The notes under the pieces were generated by a model. That model saw nothing but the letters and a program-made list of their open reading frames with translations. It had not been told where the DNA came from and did no database searches. The translations under genes and the position numbers were made by a program. 64,000 nt of DNA from Vicinamibacteria bacterium (GTDB lineage Bacteria; Acidobacteriota; Vicinamibacteria; Vicinamibacterales; JAENWD01): assembly GCA_963796915.1 (NCBI GenBank), contig CAWCNI010000004.1:2894821-2958820 (forward strand). Direction: 5' to 3'. This document shows positions 31,705-40,810 of the stretch, in pieces (within the stretch, counting starts at the first letter, position 1; every line of letters starts with the position of its first letter).

Positions 31705-32787
31705 ATGGCCTCCTCCCATCCCACCCCGCGGCCCGTCCGCGTCGGCCTCATTGGCTACGGCCTCGGCGGCGCCGCGTTCCACGCGCCGATCGTCTCGACG
31801 ACGCCGGGCATGGCCCTCGCGGCGATCGTGACCTCCAACGAGACGCGTCGGGCGCAGGCGCTGCATGACTACCCTGGCGTCACGGTCTACGCACACGCGG
31901 ACGAGCTCTGGGCCGCTGCCGCGGATCTCGACGTGGCTGTCGTCACGACGCCCAATGTCACCCACGTGCCGCTGGCGCTCGCCGCTCTCGATGTGGGACT
32001 TGCAGTGGTCGTGGACAAGCCATTTGCGCCTACGGTCACCGAGGCGAGACGCGTAATTGCCGACGCGGGGCGCCGCGGTCTGCCGCTGACGGTGTTTCAC
32101 AACCGCCGATGGGACGGCGACTTCCTGACACTCCAGCGGCTGTTGGCCGCGGGACGCCTCGGCGCGGTGGCGCGATTCGAGTCGCGATTCGAACGCTGGC
32201 GTCCCGAGACGCGCCAGAACTGGCGTGAACACGGCGCGGCGGGCGAGGGCGGCGGCCTGCTGTTCGATCTCGGCAGCCATCTGATCGATCAGGCGCTGGT
32301 GCTGTTCGGCCCGGTCCGATCCGTGTACGCGGAGCTCGATCGTCGGCGCCCCGGTTCGGAGGTCGATGACGACGGGTTTGTGGCGCTGAGTCATGAATCC
32401 GGGGTGCGATCGCACCTCTGGATGAGCAGCGTCTCGGCTCAAGGCGGGCCGCGGATGCGGGTGCTCGGCAGCCTGGGCGCCTACACGAAGCGGGGGCTCG
32501 ACGTGCAGGAGGCCGCCCTCCGTGCGGGCCAGCGCCCCGGTCCGGGGTGGGGCATCGAGCCCGCAGAGCACTGGGGCCTGTTGGGCATCGACGGCAGCGC
32601 GGCGCCGTTCCCAACCGAGCCGGGCGACTACCGGCGATTCTATGAGGGGGTCGTCGCCGCTGTCCGCGATGGCGCGCCGGTGCCTGTCGCGCCAGCCGAC
32701 GCGGTCGCGGTCATCGAGCTCATCGAAGCCGCGCGGGCATCAGCGGCCGCCGGCTGTACGGTCCCCGTCGATCCTTCGTTGAGCTAA
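31705..32787 (+). CDS. Gfo/Idh/MocA family oxidoreductase
   Basis: GLIGYGLGG, VVDKPF, HNRRWDGDF and DLGSHLIDQ motifs. Confidence 0.92.
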   Translation: MASSHPTPRPVRVGLIGYGLGGAAFHAPIVSTTPGMALAAIVTSNETRRAQALHDYPGVTVYAHADELWAAAADLDVAVVTTPNVTHVPLALAALDVGLAVVVDKPFAPTVTEARRVIADAGRRGLPLTVFHNRRWDGDFLTLQRLLAAGRLGAVARFESRFERWRPETRQNWREHGAAGEGGGLLFDLGSHLIDQALVLFGPVRSVYAELDRRRPGSEVDDDGFVALSHESGVRSHLWMSSVSAQGGPRMRVLGSLGAYTKRGLDVQEAALRAGQRPGPGWGIEPAEHWGLLGIDGSAAPFPTEPGDYRRFYEGVVAAVRDGAPVPVAPADAVAVIELIEAARASAAAGCTVPVDPSLS

Positions 32788-32811
32788 GCTGAGCCCATCA
32801 ACTCCAGCCCA

Positions 32812-34851
32812 ATGGCCCCCGAAAAGCTGGATCGCGTCCGCGAAATCCTCGAACATGCGCTCCGCCTGCCGCAGGCTGAGCGCCACGAGGCGGTGGCGAG
32901 GGCCTGTCGCGGCAACCCCGACCTGCTGCGCGACATCATCGGGCTGCTCGCCGTCTACGACGAGCATGGGCACGCGTCCAGTCCGCCGCAGTCGCCAATC
33001 TCGTCGCCGACCACGTTTTCTCCCGACACGGCCCCGGTTCCGGCTCCCGACTCGAAAGTCGGCGTCCCCGCTGCCCCGACGACCTGGGGCGGGTTCCTGC
33101 TGCTCGAGGAGCTGGGCCGCGGCGGCTTCGGCGTCGTCTATCGGGCGTGGGATAGCGCGCTCAAGCGGGACGTCGCGCTGAAGATCATCGACGTCACGCG
33201 GCTGCGTGGCATCAGCGTCGAGGCCGTGCTGCTCGAGGGCCAGATGATGGCGCGCGTGCGCCATCCCAACGTCATCACCGTGTTCAGCTCGCAGCAAATC
33301 GGCAGCGAGGTCGGCCTGGCGATGGAGTACATCCGGGGCCGGACACTGGCGGCGCTGGTAGCGGAGGACGGGCCGCTCAGTGCCGACGAAGCGACCCTGG
33401 TGGGGCTGGCGCTCTGCGACGCGCTGGCCGCGGTACACAGGCTGGGGCTGGTGCACCGCGACCTCAAGGCCAGCAACGTCATGCGACAGCATGGCGGGCA
33501 CATCATCCTGATGGACTTCGGCGCAGGGCGTGAGATGGGCACGGCGCAGGACGGCCGGCGACAGATCCTGGGGACGCCGGTCTACATGCCGCCGGAAATG
33601 CTGCTGGGCTCCCGCGGTACGCCGCAGTCCGATGTCTACAGCCTGGGCGTCCTGCTCTACAACCTCGTCACCGGCGAATATCCGGTGGGCGGCCGCGGGA
33701 TCGACCAGTTGCGTCTGGCGCACCTCGCCGACGATCGCTTCCCGCTGTCCGAGCGCCGACCCGAGCTGCCGCTGCCGTTTGTGAAGTCCGTGGAGCGCGC
33801 CCTCGCGCCGGATCCCGCCAGCCGTCCGTCGAGCGCGGTGGCGTTCAAGCGCGTGCTCACCGACGCGATGCCGCATGTCTCGTCGCGATCGGCACGGAGG
33901 CGGCGCGACGGACGCAAGGACCCGCTGGCGACACCGACCCCGGTGGTCCTGCCGCTGCCGTCGGGACCAACCACTACGGTGCAGAACGCCGTTTCGTGGC
34001 AGCCCGTCGTTCTTGGCGGCCTGACGCTGTTCGCTCTGCTCTCCGCCTTCGGGTTTCTGACGAGCATGGCGTACAACGCCACGCTGGTCCGGACCGGCCG
34101 CTATGCCGAGGAGAGCCTGTGGACCTACCCATTGCTCGGCGTGCGGACGGTGGTGCCGTCAGTGCTCATCATCCTGTTCGCGATCATCGTCTTCAACGTC
34201 GCCGCCGCAATCCTTCGCCTGGTGCGGCATGCGGTGCCGCGACTCGATGGCGCAACGGCGCGGGGCCAGGCTCGCGCCGCGGGCTGGATTGCCAGGACCG
34301 GGTTGGCCCAGCCAGGCCCCTTGTCGCAACTGCTCACCTCCGTCGGCGCCGTGGCGCTGGCGGCGACGGTCTGGGCACACTTCGATCTGCTGCACGCGGT
34401 GATCACGCCAGTGAACGAGGCGCCGGTGAGCACGCTGGTGCTGTTGAGCGAAGGCAACGAGGGGCAGCAGATGCGCTACGTCCTCGCGCTCGACGCGATT
34501 CTCGCGGTGCTCGGCGCGGGTCTGATCTACATCCGGCGCAGCGCGCGCGCGGAGGGCCGATCGCCCTGGTCGCTGCTGGCTCCGCCCGCGGCGGTGCTGC
34601 TGGCGGCGCTGGTGCTGCTGGTCATTCCGTGGCGGCTGTTGAACCTGGTGGAGTTTCGCCGCGTCCTGTTCGGGGACCGGTCGTGCCTCGTGATCGCCGA
34701 AACCGTCGACAGCGAGCTGTTGCATTGCCCGTCAACCGATTTGAACCGCAGCTTCGACGTGCCGACGAGCGACCCGCGCCTTCGCCGGACGCCGGAGCGC
34801 GGCCAGTTGTTCGACTCGTATGAGGCACTGCAGGCACGTCGCCCGCAGTAA
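32812..34851 (+). CDS. Hanks-type Ser/Thr protein kinase with multi-TM C-terminal region
   Basis: LGRGGFGVVY, VALK, HRDLKASN, DFG, GTPVYMPPE and DVYSLG motifs. Confidence 0.92.
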   Translation: MAPEKLDRVREILEHALRLPQAERHEAVARACRGNPDLLRDIIGLLAVYDEHGHASSPPQSPISSPTTFSPDTAPVPAPDSKVGVPAAPTTWGGFLLLEELGRGGFGVVYRAWDSALKRDVALKIIDVTRLRGISVEAVLLEGQMMARVRHPNVITVFSSQQIGSEVGLAMEYIRGRTLAALVAEDGPLSADEATLVGLALCDALAAVHRLGLVHRDLKASNVMRQHGGHIILMDFGAGREMGTAQDGRRQILGTPVYMPPEMLLGSRGTPQSDVYSLGVLLYNLVTGEYPVGGRGIDQLRLAHLADDRFPLSERRPELPLPFVKSVERALAPDPASRPSSAVAFKRVLTDAMPHVSSRSARRRRDGRKDPLATPTPVVLPLPSGPTTTVQNAVSWQPVVLGGLTLFALLSAFGFLTSMAYNATLVRTGRYAEESLWTYPLLGVRTVVPSVLIILFAIIVFNVAAAILRLVRHAVPRLDGATARGQARAAGWIARTGLAQPGPLSQLLTSVGAVALAATVWAHFDLLHAVITPVNEAPVSTLVLLSEGNEGQQMRYVLALDAILAVLGAGLIYIRRSARAEGRSPWSLLAPPAAVLLAALVLLVIPWRLLNLVEFRRVLFGDRSCLVIAETVDSELLHCPSTDLNRSFDVPTSDPRLRRTPERGQLFDSYEALQARRPQ

Positions 34852-34879
34852 CGATTGCCGGACCCACGGAGGTCTCTCG

Positions 34880-35599
34880 ATGCCGTACCGAAACCGCCAC
34901 ATCGCGCTGGCACTGATCCTGTTGCTGGTGGGCGTCCCCGTCGAGGCGTCCAGCCCCTGGGGATGGCTCCAGAAACTGAGCGGGCCCGGCCCCTTCGAAC
35001 GCCGGCTCCCTGGCTTCGACGTGCCGTACTGGGGCATCACGCCGAGGTGTCCGAACTCGGCGCCCCAGACACTCGACGACAAGCTGCTGGCGCCGGCGTT
35101 CACCATCTCTCAGTACAAGTCCGATGCCGACGACCGGTTCGATCGGACAGACCTGACCACCTACAGCGCGATCCTGTACCTGCACCCCGCCGGCTTCCTG
35201 CACCGCGCCGAGCTGTGCAGCAACAAGACGCCGCACACCTCGCCGCTCAATGCGCTTGATATCGGCGCCGGCATCGCGTGGTATCACTTCGCTGGCGACG
35301 CGACCTCGTCCATCGGCACGTCCACCGGCCAGCCGGCTACCGCGTCGGGCCCGTTCACACGGACAGCAATGCCCCTTCGGTTCAAGATCACGCCGAGCGA
35401 GCTCTTTTCGGGGAAACTGCACGGGACGACGCGGAAAGTGCTGGCGATGTTCTCGTACAACATCAACGTCGATCTCTTCGTCGGCTCCTTCGACCAGGGC
35501 GACTTCAACTACAAGGGCCCGGGCGTATACCATGCCGATGACAAGGCCCTGTGGAGCGGCGGGATCGTCGTCGACGTCAGCTCCCTCTTCTTCCGGTAA
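34880..35599 (+). CDS. Secreted hypothetical protein (possible outer-membrane beta protein)
   Basis: SD GGAGG, signal peptide, WLQKLSGPGPF N-terminal motif, alternating beta-strand C-terminus. Confidence 0.6.
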   Translation: MPYRNRHIALALILLLVGVPVEASSPWGWLQKLSGPGPFERRLPGFDVPYWGITPRCPNSAPQTLDDKLLAPAFTISQYKSDADDRFDRTDLTTYSAILYLHPAGFLHRAELCSNKTPHTSPLNALDIGAGIAWYHFAGDATSSIGTSTGQPATASGPFTRTAMPLRFKITPSELFSGKLHGTTRKVLAMFSYNINVDLFVGSFDQGDFNYKGPGVYHADDKALWSGGIVVDVSSLFFR

Positions 35600-35607
35600 C
35601 GGAGACC

Positions 35608-36057
35608 ATGTACCTCACACTCAAGTTTTTTCACATCCTCCTGGCGATCATCGCTGTCGGTTTCACGTCGTCGTTCGGGCTGATCCTCGGCCGTGCGCGC
35701 GCCGGCGGCGCGGACGGGCGCGAGATGAAGTTCGCGCTGCAGACCACCAACCTCATGGGCCGCATCTCGCACATACTCTTCCTGGTCGTGACGCTGATTG
35801 GCGTGGCGATGGTGCAGATGGCCGGCTTCGGCTACCGTCCGATCTGGATTCACGGCTCGCTGGCGCTGTTCGTGATCGCGTTCCTCATCGGCAGTTTCGT
35901 CATGCCGGGCCTGTTCAAGCGACGGCTGGCCATCCTGGAGACCAGGGGGCCTGCCGATCCCGAGTTCGTGGCGCTTTCGAAGCGCGCGGCGATGGTTGGC
36001 GGACTGCTCGGCCTGATCACGCTCGCCATCCTGTGGATGATGATCGCCAAACCGTGA
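35608..36057 (+). CDS. DUF2269-like membrane protein
   Basis: MYLTLKFFHILLAIIAVG...WIHGSL...LWMMIAKP. Confidence 0.75.
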   Translation: MYLTLKFFHILLAIIAVGFTSSFGLILGRARAGGADGREMKFALQTTNLMGRISHILFLVVTLIGVAMVQMAGFGYRPIWIHGSLALFVIAFLIGSFVMPGLFKRRLAILETRGPADPEFVALSKRAAMVGGLLGLITLAILWMMIAKP

Positions 36058-36067
36058 GGCGGCGCCC

Positions 36068-36523
36068 ATGTTGTATGTCGTCCTGAAGTTCGTGCACGTC
36101 CTGCTCGCGATGATCGCGATCGGCTTCAACGCGTCGTACGGCCTGCTGATCGGCCGGGCACGCAGCGGCGCCGGCGACGCCCGCGAGTTGAAGTTCGCCC
36201 TGCGGACCGTGAAGGTGATGGACGACTACGTCGCCAATCCATGCTACGTTCTGCTGCTGATCACGGGCGGCGCGATGGTCCACGTGGGCGGCTACTCGTG
36301 GTCGCAGCCGTGGCTGCACGGGTCGCTGGCCTTGCTCTTCGTGGCCTTTGTCGTTGGCCTGGCGCTCTACACGCCGACGCTGCGGCGGCAGATCGAGGCG
36401 CTCGACGCGCGTGGCGCGGCGGATCCGGAGTTTGTTCGACTGTCGAAGCGCGGCACCTTGCTGGGCATCGTGCTGGGCGTCATCGTCATCGCCATCGTGG
36501 CGCTGATGGTGTTCAAGCCGTAG
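36068..36523 (+). CDS. DUF2269-like membrane protein (tandem paralog)
   Basis: LYVVLKFVHVLLAMIAIG...WLHGSL...ALMVFKP. Confidence 0.78.
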   Translation: MLYVVLKFVHVLLAMIAIGFNASYGLLIGRARSGAGDARELKFALRTVKVMDDYVANPCYVLLLITGGAMVHVGGYSWSQPWLHGSLALLFVAFVVGLALYTPTLRRQIEALDARGAADPEFVRLSKRGTLLGIVLGVIVIAIVALMVFKP

Positions 36524-36532
36524 GAGGATGGG

Positions 36533-37459
36533 ATGAGGCGACGTGAATTTCTGACACGAACCGCGGCAGCCGCCACAGTGTTTGGCGCGGCCGGCGCGAA
36601 TTCAATATCCGCGCAGACGCCGTCTGCGCCGGCCAAGCGAACGTTCAAGTTGAAGTACGCGCCACACATCGGGATGTTCGAGAACTCCGCCGGCAAGGAC
36701 CCGCTCGACCAGATCAATTTCATGGCCGACGCCGGCTTCCGCGCCTTCGAGGACAACGGCCTCATGGGGCGCACGCCGGAGCTGCAGCAGCAGATCGGCG
36801 ACCTCCTCGCGAAACGCGGCATGACGATGGGCGTGTTCGTCATCGACGGCGGCGACAACTGGAAGGTGTCCTACACGACGGGCAAGCAGGAGTTCACCGA
36901 CAGGCTGGTGAAGACGTGCCAGGACGCGCTCGTGACGGCCAAGCGCGTCAACGCGAAGTGGGCGACGTGGGTGCCCGGCTACTTCGAGCGCAACCTGCCG
37001 ATGGGCATCCAGACGGGACACGTCATCGACGTCCTGCGCAAGGCGATGGAGGTACTGGAGCCGGCCGGACTCGTGATGGTGCTCGAGCCGCTCAGCGACA
37101 ACCCGGACCTGTTCCTGCGCACGCCCGACGAAGGCTACGCCTTCTGCCGCGCGATCAAGAGCCCGTCGTGCAAGATCCTGTGCGACATGTACCACGTGCA
37201 GCGGAACCAGGGCCGGATGATCGAGCACATCGACTGGGCGTGGGACGAGATCGGCTACTTCCAGATCGGCGACGTCCCCGGGCGCAAGGAGCCCGGCAGC
37301 GGCGAGATGAACTATCGCAACATCTTCAAGCACATCGCCGAGCGGGCGCAGGCCGAGAACAAGGACTTCGTCCTGGGCATGGAACATGGCGCGTCGATGC
37401 CCGGCAAGGAAGGCGAAGCCAAACTGATCGAGGCCTACGTCGCCGCCGACAACTTCTAG
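36533..37459 (+). CDS. Tat-exported hydroxypyruvate isomerase / xylose-isomerase-like TIM-barrel protein
   Basis: MRRREFL Tat signal; VLEPL, DMYHVQ, GDVPGRKEPGSGEMNY and GMEH motifs. Confidence 0.88.
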   Translation: MRRREFLTRTAAAATVFGAAGANSISAQTPSAPAKRTFKLKYAPHIGMFENSAGKDPLDQINFMADAGFRAFEDNGLMGRTPELQQQIGDLLAKRGMTMGVFVIDGGDNWKVSYTTGKQEFTDRLVKTCQDALVTAKRVNAKWATWVPGYFERNLPMGIQTGHVIDVLRKAMEVLEPAGLVMVLEPLSDNPDLFLRTPDEGYAFCRAIKSPSCKILCDMYHVQRNQGRMIEHIDWAWDEIGYFQIGDVPGRKEPGSGEMNYRNIFKHIAERAQAENKDFVLGMEHGASMPGKEGEAKLIEAYVAADNF

Positions 37460-37467
37460 TTTCGGCG

Positions 37468-37863
37468 ATGCCCGTAGCGGTCATCTCTCCACCGGCGCCC
37501 GGCACCGCCGATCGCCTGGACGCGGACGGGTGGCCGCTGCTGCGCCCGACGACCCTGACGGTCCATCGCACCTCGCCAGAGGACGTGAAGGATCGTCAGG
37601 TCGTGCTGAGCCTCGACGGCGCGAAGATCGGGACACTGCTCTACGGACACAGCCTGACGCGAGAGATCCCGCCCGGTCGCCATTCGCTGCGCGCGAACAA
37701 CACCCTGGTCTGGAAGACGGTGGCGTTTGACGCCGAGCCCGGCGCGGAGGTGCAGTTCACCTGCATCAACCGCGCGCCGGCCAGCCTCTACTTCATGCTG
37801 TTCCTCTTTGGCGTCGCCCCGCTCTACGTGACGCTCGAACGCGTCGGCGGCAGCTCGCGCTGA
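37468..37863 (+). CDS. Hypothetical protein (DUF2846-like beta fold)
   Basis: LDGAKIGTL...IPPGRHSLRA pattern; GC3-rich codon usage. Confidence 0.6.
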   Translation: MPVAVISPPAPGTADRLDADGWPLLRPTTLTVHRTSPEDVKDRQVVLSLDGAKIGTLLYGHSLTREIPPGRHSLRANNTLVWKTVAFDAEPGAEVQFTCINRAPASLYFMLFLFGVAPLYVTLERVGGSSR

Positions 37864-38051
37864 GCGTCGTCCTTCGGCCGCAACGCGGACGCTGGCTGCC
37901 CGCAGATCGCCAGGACACCGAAATCGACGTCTACGGCGGCCATCACGAGCCTCCCAGGCTTGACGATCACGTCAGTTCGGCGGGAAGGCGAGCAGAAGTT
38001 ACGCGACGCGGCTGCGCGCGCCAAAAAGCCCGAAATCAGGCCGTGCAATCG

Positions 38052-38080
38052 TTGACTCGCCCCGGGAATGGGCCTATAGT
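38052..38080 (+). promoter_or_regulatory. sigma70 promoter of the cold-shock gene with about 180-nt 5' UTR
   Basis: TTGACT-17 bp-TATAGT. Confidence 0.8.
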
Positions 38081-38269
38081 GCCGTGGGATTTCCGTGGTC
38101 GACAGGACCGGGTTCCCGCAACAGCAGGCAGTCGCCGCAGCGGCGACGCAAGAGGCCTGACAGCGTCGTCTCCGTCCGGCTCAACGCCTGGCGCCGTCGC
38201 GTGGCGGGACTCCTCGATCCTGCCCTCCCGTAGAGATCCTGACGGACACGTCTATCGGAGGACACGGGT

Positions 38270-38476
38270 ATGCCGACCGGCACAATTGCACGGCTCCTGA
38301 TCGACAAGGGTTTCGGGTTCATCCGCGACGAGAGCGGGGTCGAACACTTCTTCCACCGCAGCGCGGTCCGCGGCGCAGTGTTCGAGTTGCTGCGCGAAGG
38401 GCAGCGGGTGGAGTTCGTGCCCGAGGAGTCGGGTAAAGGCCCCAGGGCGGGCGACATTCGCCTCATCGAGAACTGA
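38270..38476 (+). CDS. cspA: Cold-shock domain protein
   Basis: KGFGFI (RNP1), FFHRSA (RNP2), KGPRA; SD GGAGG. Confidence 0.93.
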   Translation: MPTGTIARLLIDKGFGFIRDESGVEHFFHRSAVRGAVFELLREGQRVEFVPEESGKGPRAGDIRLIEN

Positions 38477-38491
38477 TCGTCGTCGGCAGTC

Positions 38492-38515
38492 CCCGGCCCT
38501 GGTGACAGGGCCGGG
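38492..38515 (+). terminator. Hairpin after csp
   Basis: CCCGGCCCTG-GTGA-CAGGGCCGGG. Confidence 0.55.
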
Positions 38516-38628
38516 ACGGCGGCCCCGCACTTCGCCACTCCCTTGCCGTCCGTCCTGAGCCGCTTATCGTGAGCCCTTTGTCCTGAGCCTGTCGCAGGGC
38601 GACTCACGCGCCGTCAGATCACCATCCC

Positions 38629-38723
38629 GGAAGCGAATGGGGCCCGGTGGCCCTCACGGTCTTCAAAACCGGCAGCTCTCCGCTTGCGGAGAGGCTCGGT
38701 TCGACTCCGAGTCGCTTCCGCCA
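38629..38723 (+). tRNA. selC: tRNA-Sec (anticodon UCA)
   Basis: 8-bp acceptor GGAAGCGA/TCGCTTCC, 6-bp D-stem with CGGT loop, CT-TCA-AA loop, long variable arm CTCTCCGC/GCGGAGAG, T-arm CTCGG-TTCGACT-CCGAG, G73 and encoded CCA; 95 nt. Confidence 0.95.
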
Positions 38724-38799
38724 CGCACACCGCCAGAACGCCATGCCACGCCGGCGTGCCCATCGCGCGCGGCGCCGATGGGCCACCGACGTCATCCCG

Positions 38800-39003
38800 C
38801 TACTTCTTGATCTTCTTGCCCAGGTCCTCGACGGCCTGACCGACCTTGCGCTTGGTCCGTCCGACGGCGTCCTGCGCCTGGCCGGCAGCTTCATCGACAA
38901 CGCCTTCGTCGTGGAGATTGGGATCGTTGGTCAGATCGCCCGCCGCCTGCTTCATGCGCCCCTTGACGACGTTGGCCTTGCCCTTGAGCTCGTCCTTGTT
39001 CAT
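38800..39003 (-). CDS. csbD: CsbD-family general stress protein
   Basis: MNKDELKGKANVVKGRMKQAAGDLTNDPNLHDEG...AAGQAQDAVG. Confidence 0.9.
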   Translation of the reverse strand: MNKDELKGKANVVKGRMKQAAGDLTNDPNLHDEGVVDEAAGQAQDAVGRTKRKVGQAVEDLGKKIKK

Positions 39004-39073
39004 GGCGACACCTGCTGCCGATCGAGTGGAGCGGCGAAGCTGCCGCAGCGTCGATTGGCCTGCCAGTGTGTTC

Positions 39074-39089
39074 ATCAATTCCAGTGCCA
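39074..39089 (-). promoter_or_regulatory. Putative sigma54-like promoter of csbD (variant -12)
   Basis: Minus strand TGGCAC-TGGAA-TTGAT; TTGA in place of TTGC. Confidence 0.4.
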
Positions 39090-39271
39090 GCCTCAGCGAC
39101 AGAAGAAGCGCGAGGGCACGCGCTTTACATCCGCGCCTGACGTCTCGCGGACCAGATCGGAACACGCTTGTAGCCTTTCGCTACCCCCTCGACAGCTCAG
39201 CCCACCGCCCGACAATCCGCGCTTCGCGCGACTTGGCGAGACTTCAGGGCATTGAGGCGCGCTTCGCGAGA

Positions 39272-39287
39272 TGGCAAACCATTTGCT
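39272..39287 (+). promoter_or_regulatory. Putative sigma54 promoter with no downstream ORF
   Basis: TGGCAAACCATTTGCT = GG-N10-GC, close to the TGGCAC-N5-TTGCW consensus. Confidence 0.65.
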
Positions 39288-39297
39288 CTAGAGGTCG

Positions 39298-39371
39298 GCA
39301 TCATTCGCCCGGCGCCGTTCCGGCAGCCGGCATCCTCCTCCTCTTGAACGGAGGGCCGACGAGGCCCTCCG
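39298..39371 (+). ncRNA. Candidate small RNA with anti-SD CCUCCUCCUC motif
   Basis: Hairpin 39309-39330, unpaired CCTCCTCCTC 39334-39343, 9-bp hairpin 39349-39371; begins about 12 nt after the sigma54 motif. Confidence 0.55.
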
Positions 39372-39423
39372 GCTCGCCCACCGCAAATCCGTGAGTTGGA
39401 AGAAAGTGAAAGCCGGCGCGCGG

Positions 39424-40137
39424 CTAGCTTTTGGAGGGGCTTGTGGTGAGGCGTCCTATTGCCTGAAGCACCTCGGTCGTCTTCGACAAATCGTCGAACA
39501 CGACGTCCGCGCCTGCGGCACGCAAGGCGTCCGTGGTGTACTCGCCGGTTGCCACTGCCACGACGGCGGCGCCGTGCGCGTGGGCGCAGGCGACGTCGCG
39601 CGGCGTGTCGCCGATCACCAGCACGTGTGCCGCTTCGACCTGCGGGCGCAGGCCCTGCGCGCGTGCGCGTTCGAGCGCGACCGGCACCAGGTGGTTCCGG
39701 TCGTGCGCGTCCTCGCCGAACGCGCCGCAGCGGAAGTGGCGCCACAGGTCGAAGTGCGCGAGCTTGACCTCCGCGGCGTCGGCGAAGTTGCCGGTCAGCA
39801 GCGCGAGGAACGCGCTTCGATCGGCGCCGAGCGCATCGAGCAGCGGCGTGATCCCCGGAAGCACCCGTTTGCCGGGCCCGGACCGTGGCACCTCCTCGCG
39901 CAGGCGTTCGAGATAGCGCGCGCGAAAGGCGCGGGTGTTGTCGGCGTCGGCCGTCATGTCGAGGCGGCCGAAGGCGTCGGCCAGGATGCTGGTGTCGGTC
40001 CGGCCCGCCAGCTCCAGCCCGGTGAAGGCGCCGCTGATGCCGAACACGTCCTCGAACGCATGGTTCATGGCGCGTTGTCCGGCGCCGCCGGTGACGACGA
40101 GCGTGCCGTCGATGTCGAACAGGATGAGTTGGTTCAT
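39424..40137 (-). CDS. HAD-family hydrolase (phosphoglycolate phosphatase-like)
   Basis: LFDIDGTL, LLTGN and IGDTPRD motifs. Confidence 0.92.
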   Translation of the reverse strand: MNQLILFDIDGTLVVTGGAGQRAMNHAFEDVFGISGAFTGLELAGRTDTSILADAFGRLDMTADADNTRAFRARYLERLREEVPRSGPGKRVLPGITPLLDALGADRSAFLALLTGNFADAAEVKLAHFDLWRHFRCGAFGEDAHDRNHLVPVALERARAQGLRPQVEAAHVLVIGDTPRDVACAHAHGAAVVAVATGEYTTDALRAAGADVVFDDLSKTTEVLQAIGRLTTSPSKS

Positions 40138-40208
40138 GACAGAACGAAGGTCTCCGGCCGATCTACAATCGGCGATAGCTCGCCTCTGCGAGCACGAGGA
40201 GGCAGCAC

Positions 40209-40793
40209 ATGGTGCAGTGGAAAGGTCTCGCGGCGGCCATCGTCATTGCCGGCGCTGGCGCGACGCTCGATGCGCGGCAGCAGGCCGGTCACGACATGTC
40301 GAAGATGAAGCCTGTCGCGGAGGCCACCGCCGACATCGCCGGCGAGGGCGTGACCGGCACGGCCACGCTGGCCGAGTATCAGCACGGCGACAGCCGGATC
40401 GTGCACGTCCACCTGTCGGTGTCCGGCCTCAAGCCCGGGTTGCACGGCGTGCACCTGCATGCGGTTGGAAAGTGCGAGACGGGACCGCCGAACTACGTCA
40501 GTGCGGGCGGGCATTTCGATCCGGGCCCGGCCGGCAACACCGACCCCGATGCCAACCATCCGTTCCACATGGGCGACCTGCCGAACCTCAAGGTGGGCGC
40601 CGACGGGAAGGGCGAACTCGAGGCGACCACCACCCGCGTGACGATTTCCGACGGACCGCTGTCGCTGCTCGACACGGACGGCTCGGCAATCATCATTCAC
40701 GGCAACCCCGATCAGGGCATCACCGGCGAGCCGAAGTCCGGCGTCTCTGGCGGGCCGCGGGTGGCCTGCGGGGTCATCAAGGCGAAGATGTAG
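40209..40793 (+). CDS. sodC: Cu/Zn superoxide dismutase, secreted
   Basis: GLHGVHLH, SAGGHFDP, HMGDLPNL, IIIHG and GPRVACG motifs. Confidence 0.93.
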   Translation: MVQWKGLAAAIVIAGAGATLDARQQAGHDMSKMKPVAEATADIAGEGVTGTATLAEYQHGDSRIVHVHLSVSGLKPGLHGVHLHAVGKCETGPPNYVSAGGHFDPGPAGNTDPDANHPFHMGDLPNLKVGADGKGELEATTTRVTISDGPLSLLDTDGSAIIIHGNPDQGITGEPKSGVSGGPRVACGVIKAKM

Positions 40794-40810
40794 CGCCCGG
40801 CGCGGCGACC

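Noticed and set aside
38583-39200. Inverted pair CTGAGCCTGTCGCAGG / CCTCGACAGCTCAG flanking selC-csbD
   Set aside because: Short and degenerate; may be remnants of another dispersed repeat family, but too weak to call an element.
38724-39420. Integrative element at tRNA-Sec
   Set aside because: No integrase and no duplicated tRNA 3' end in the window.
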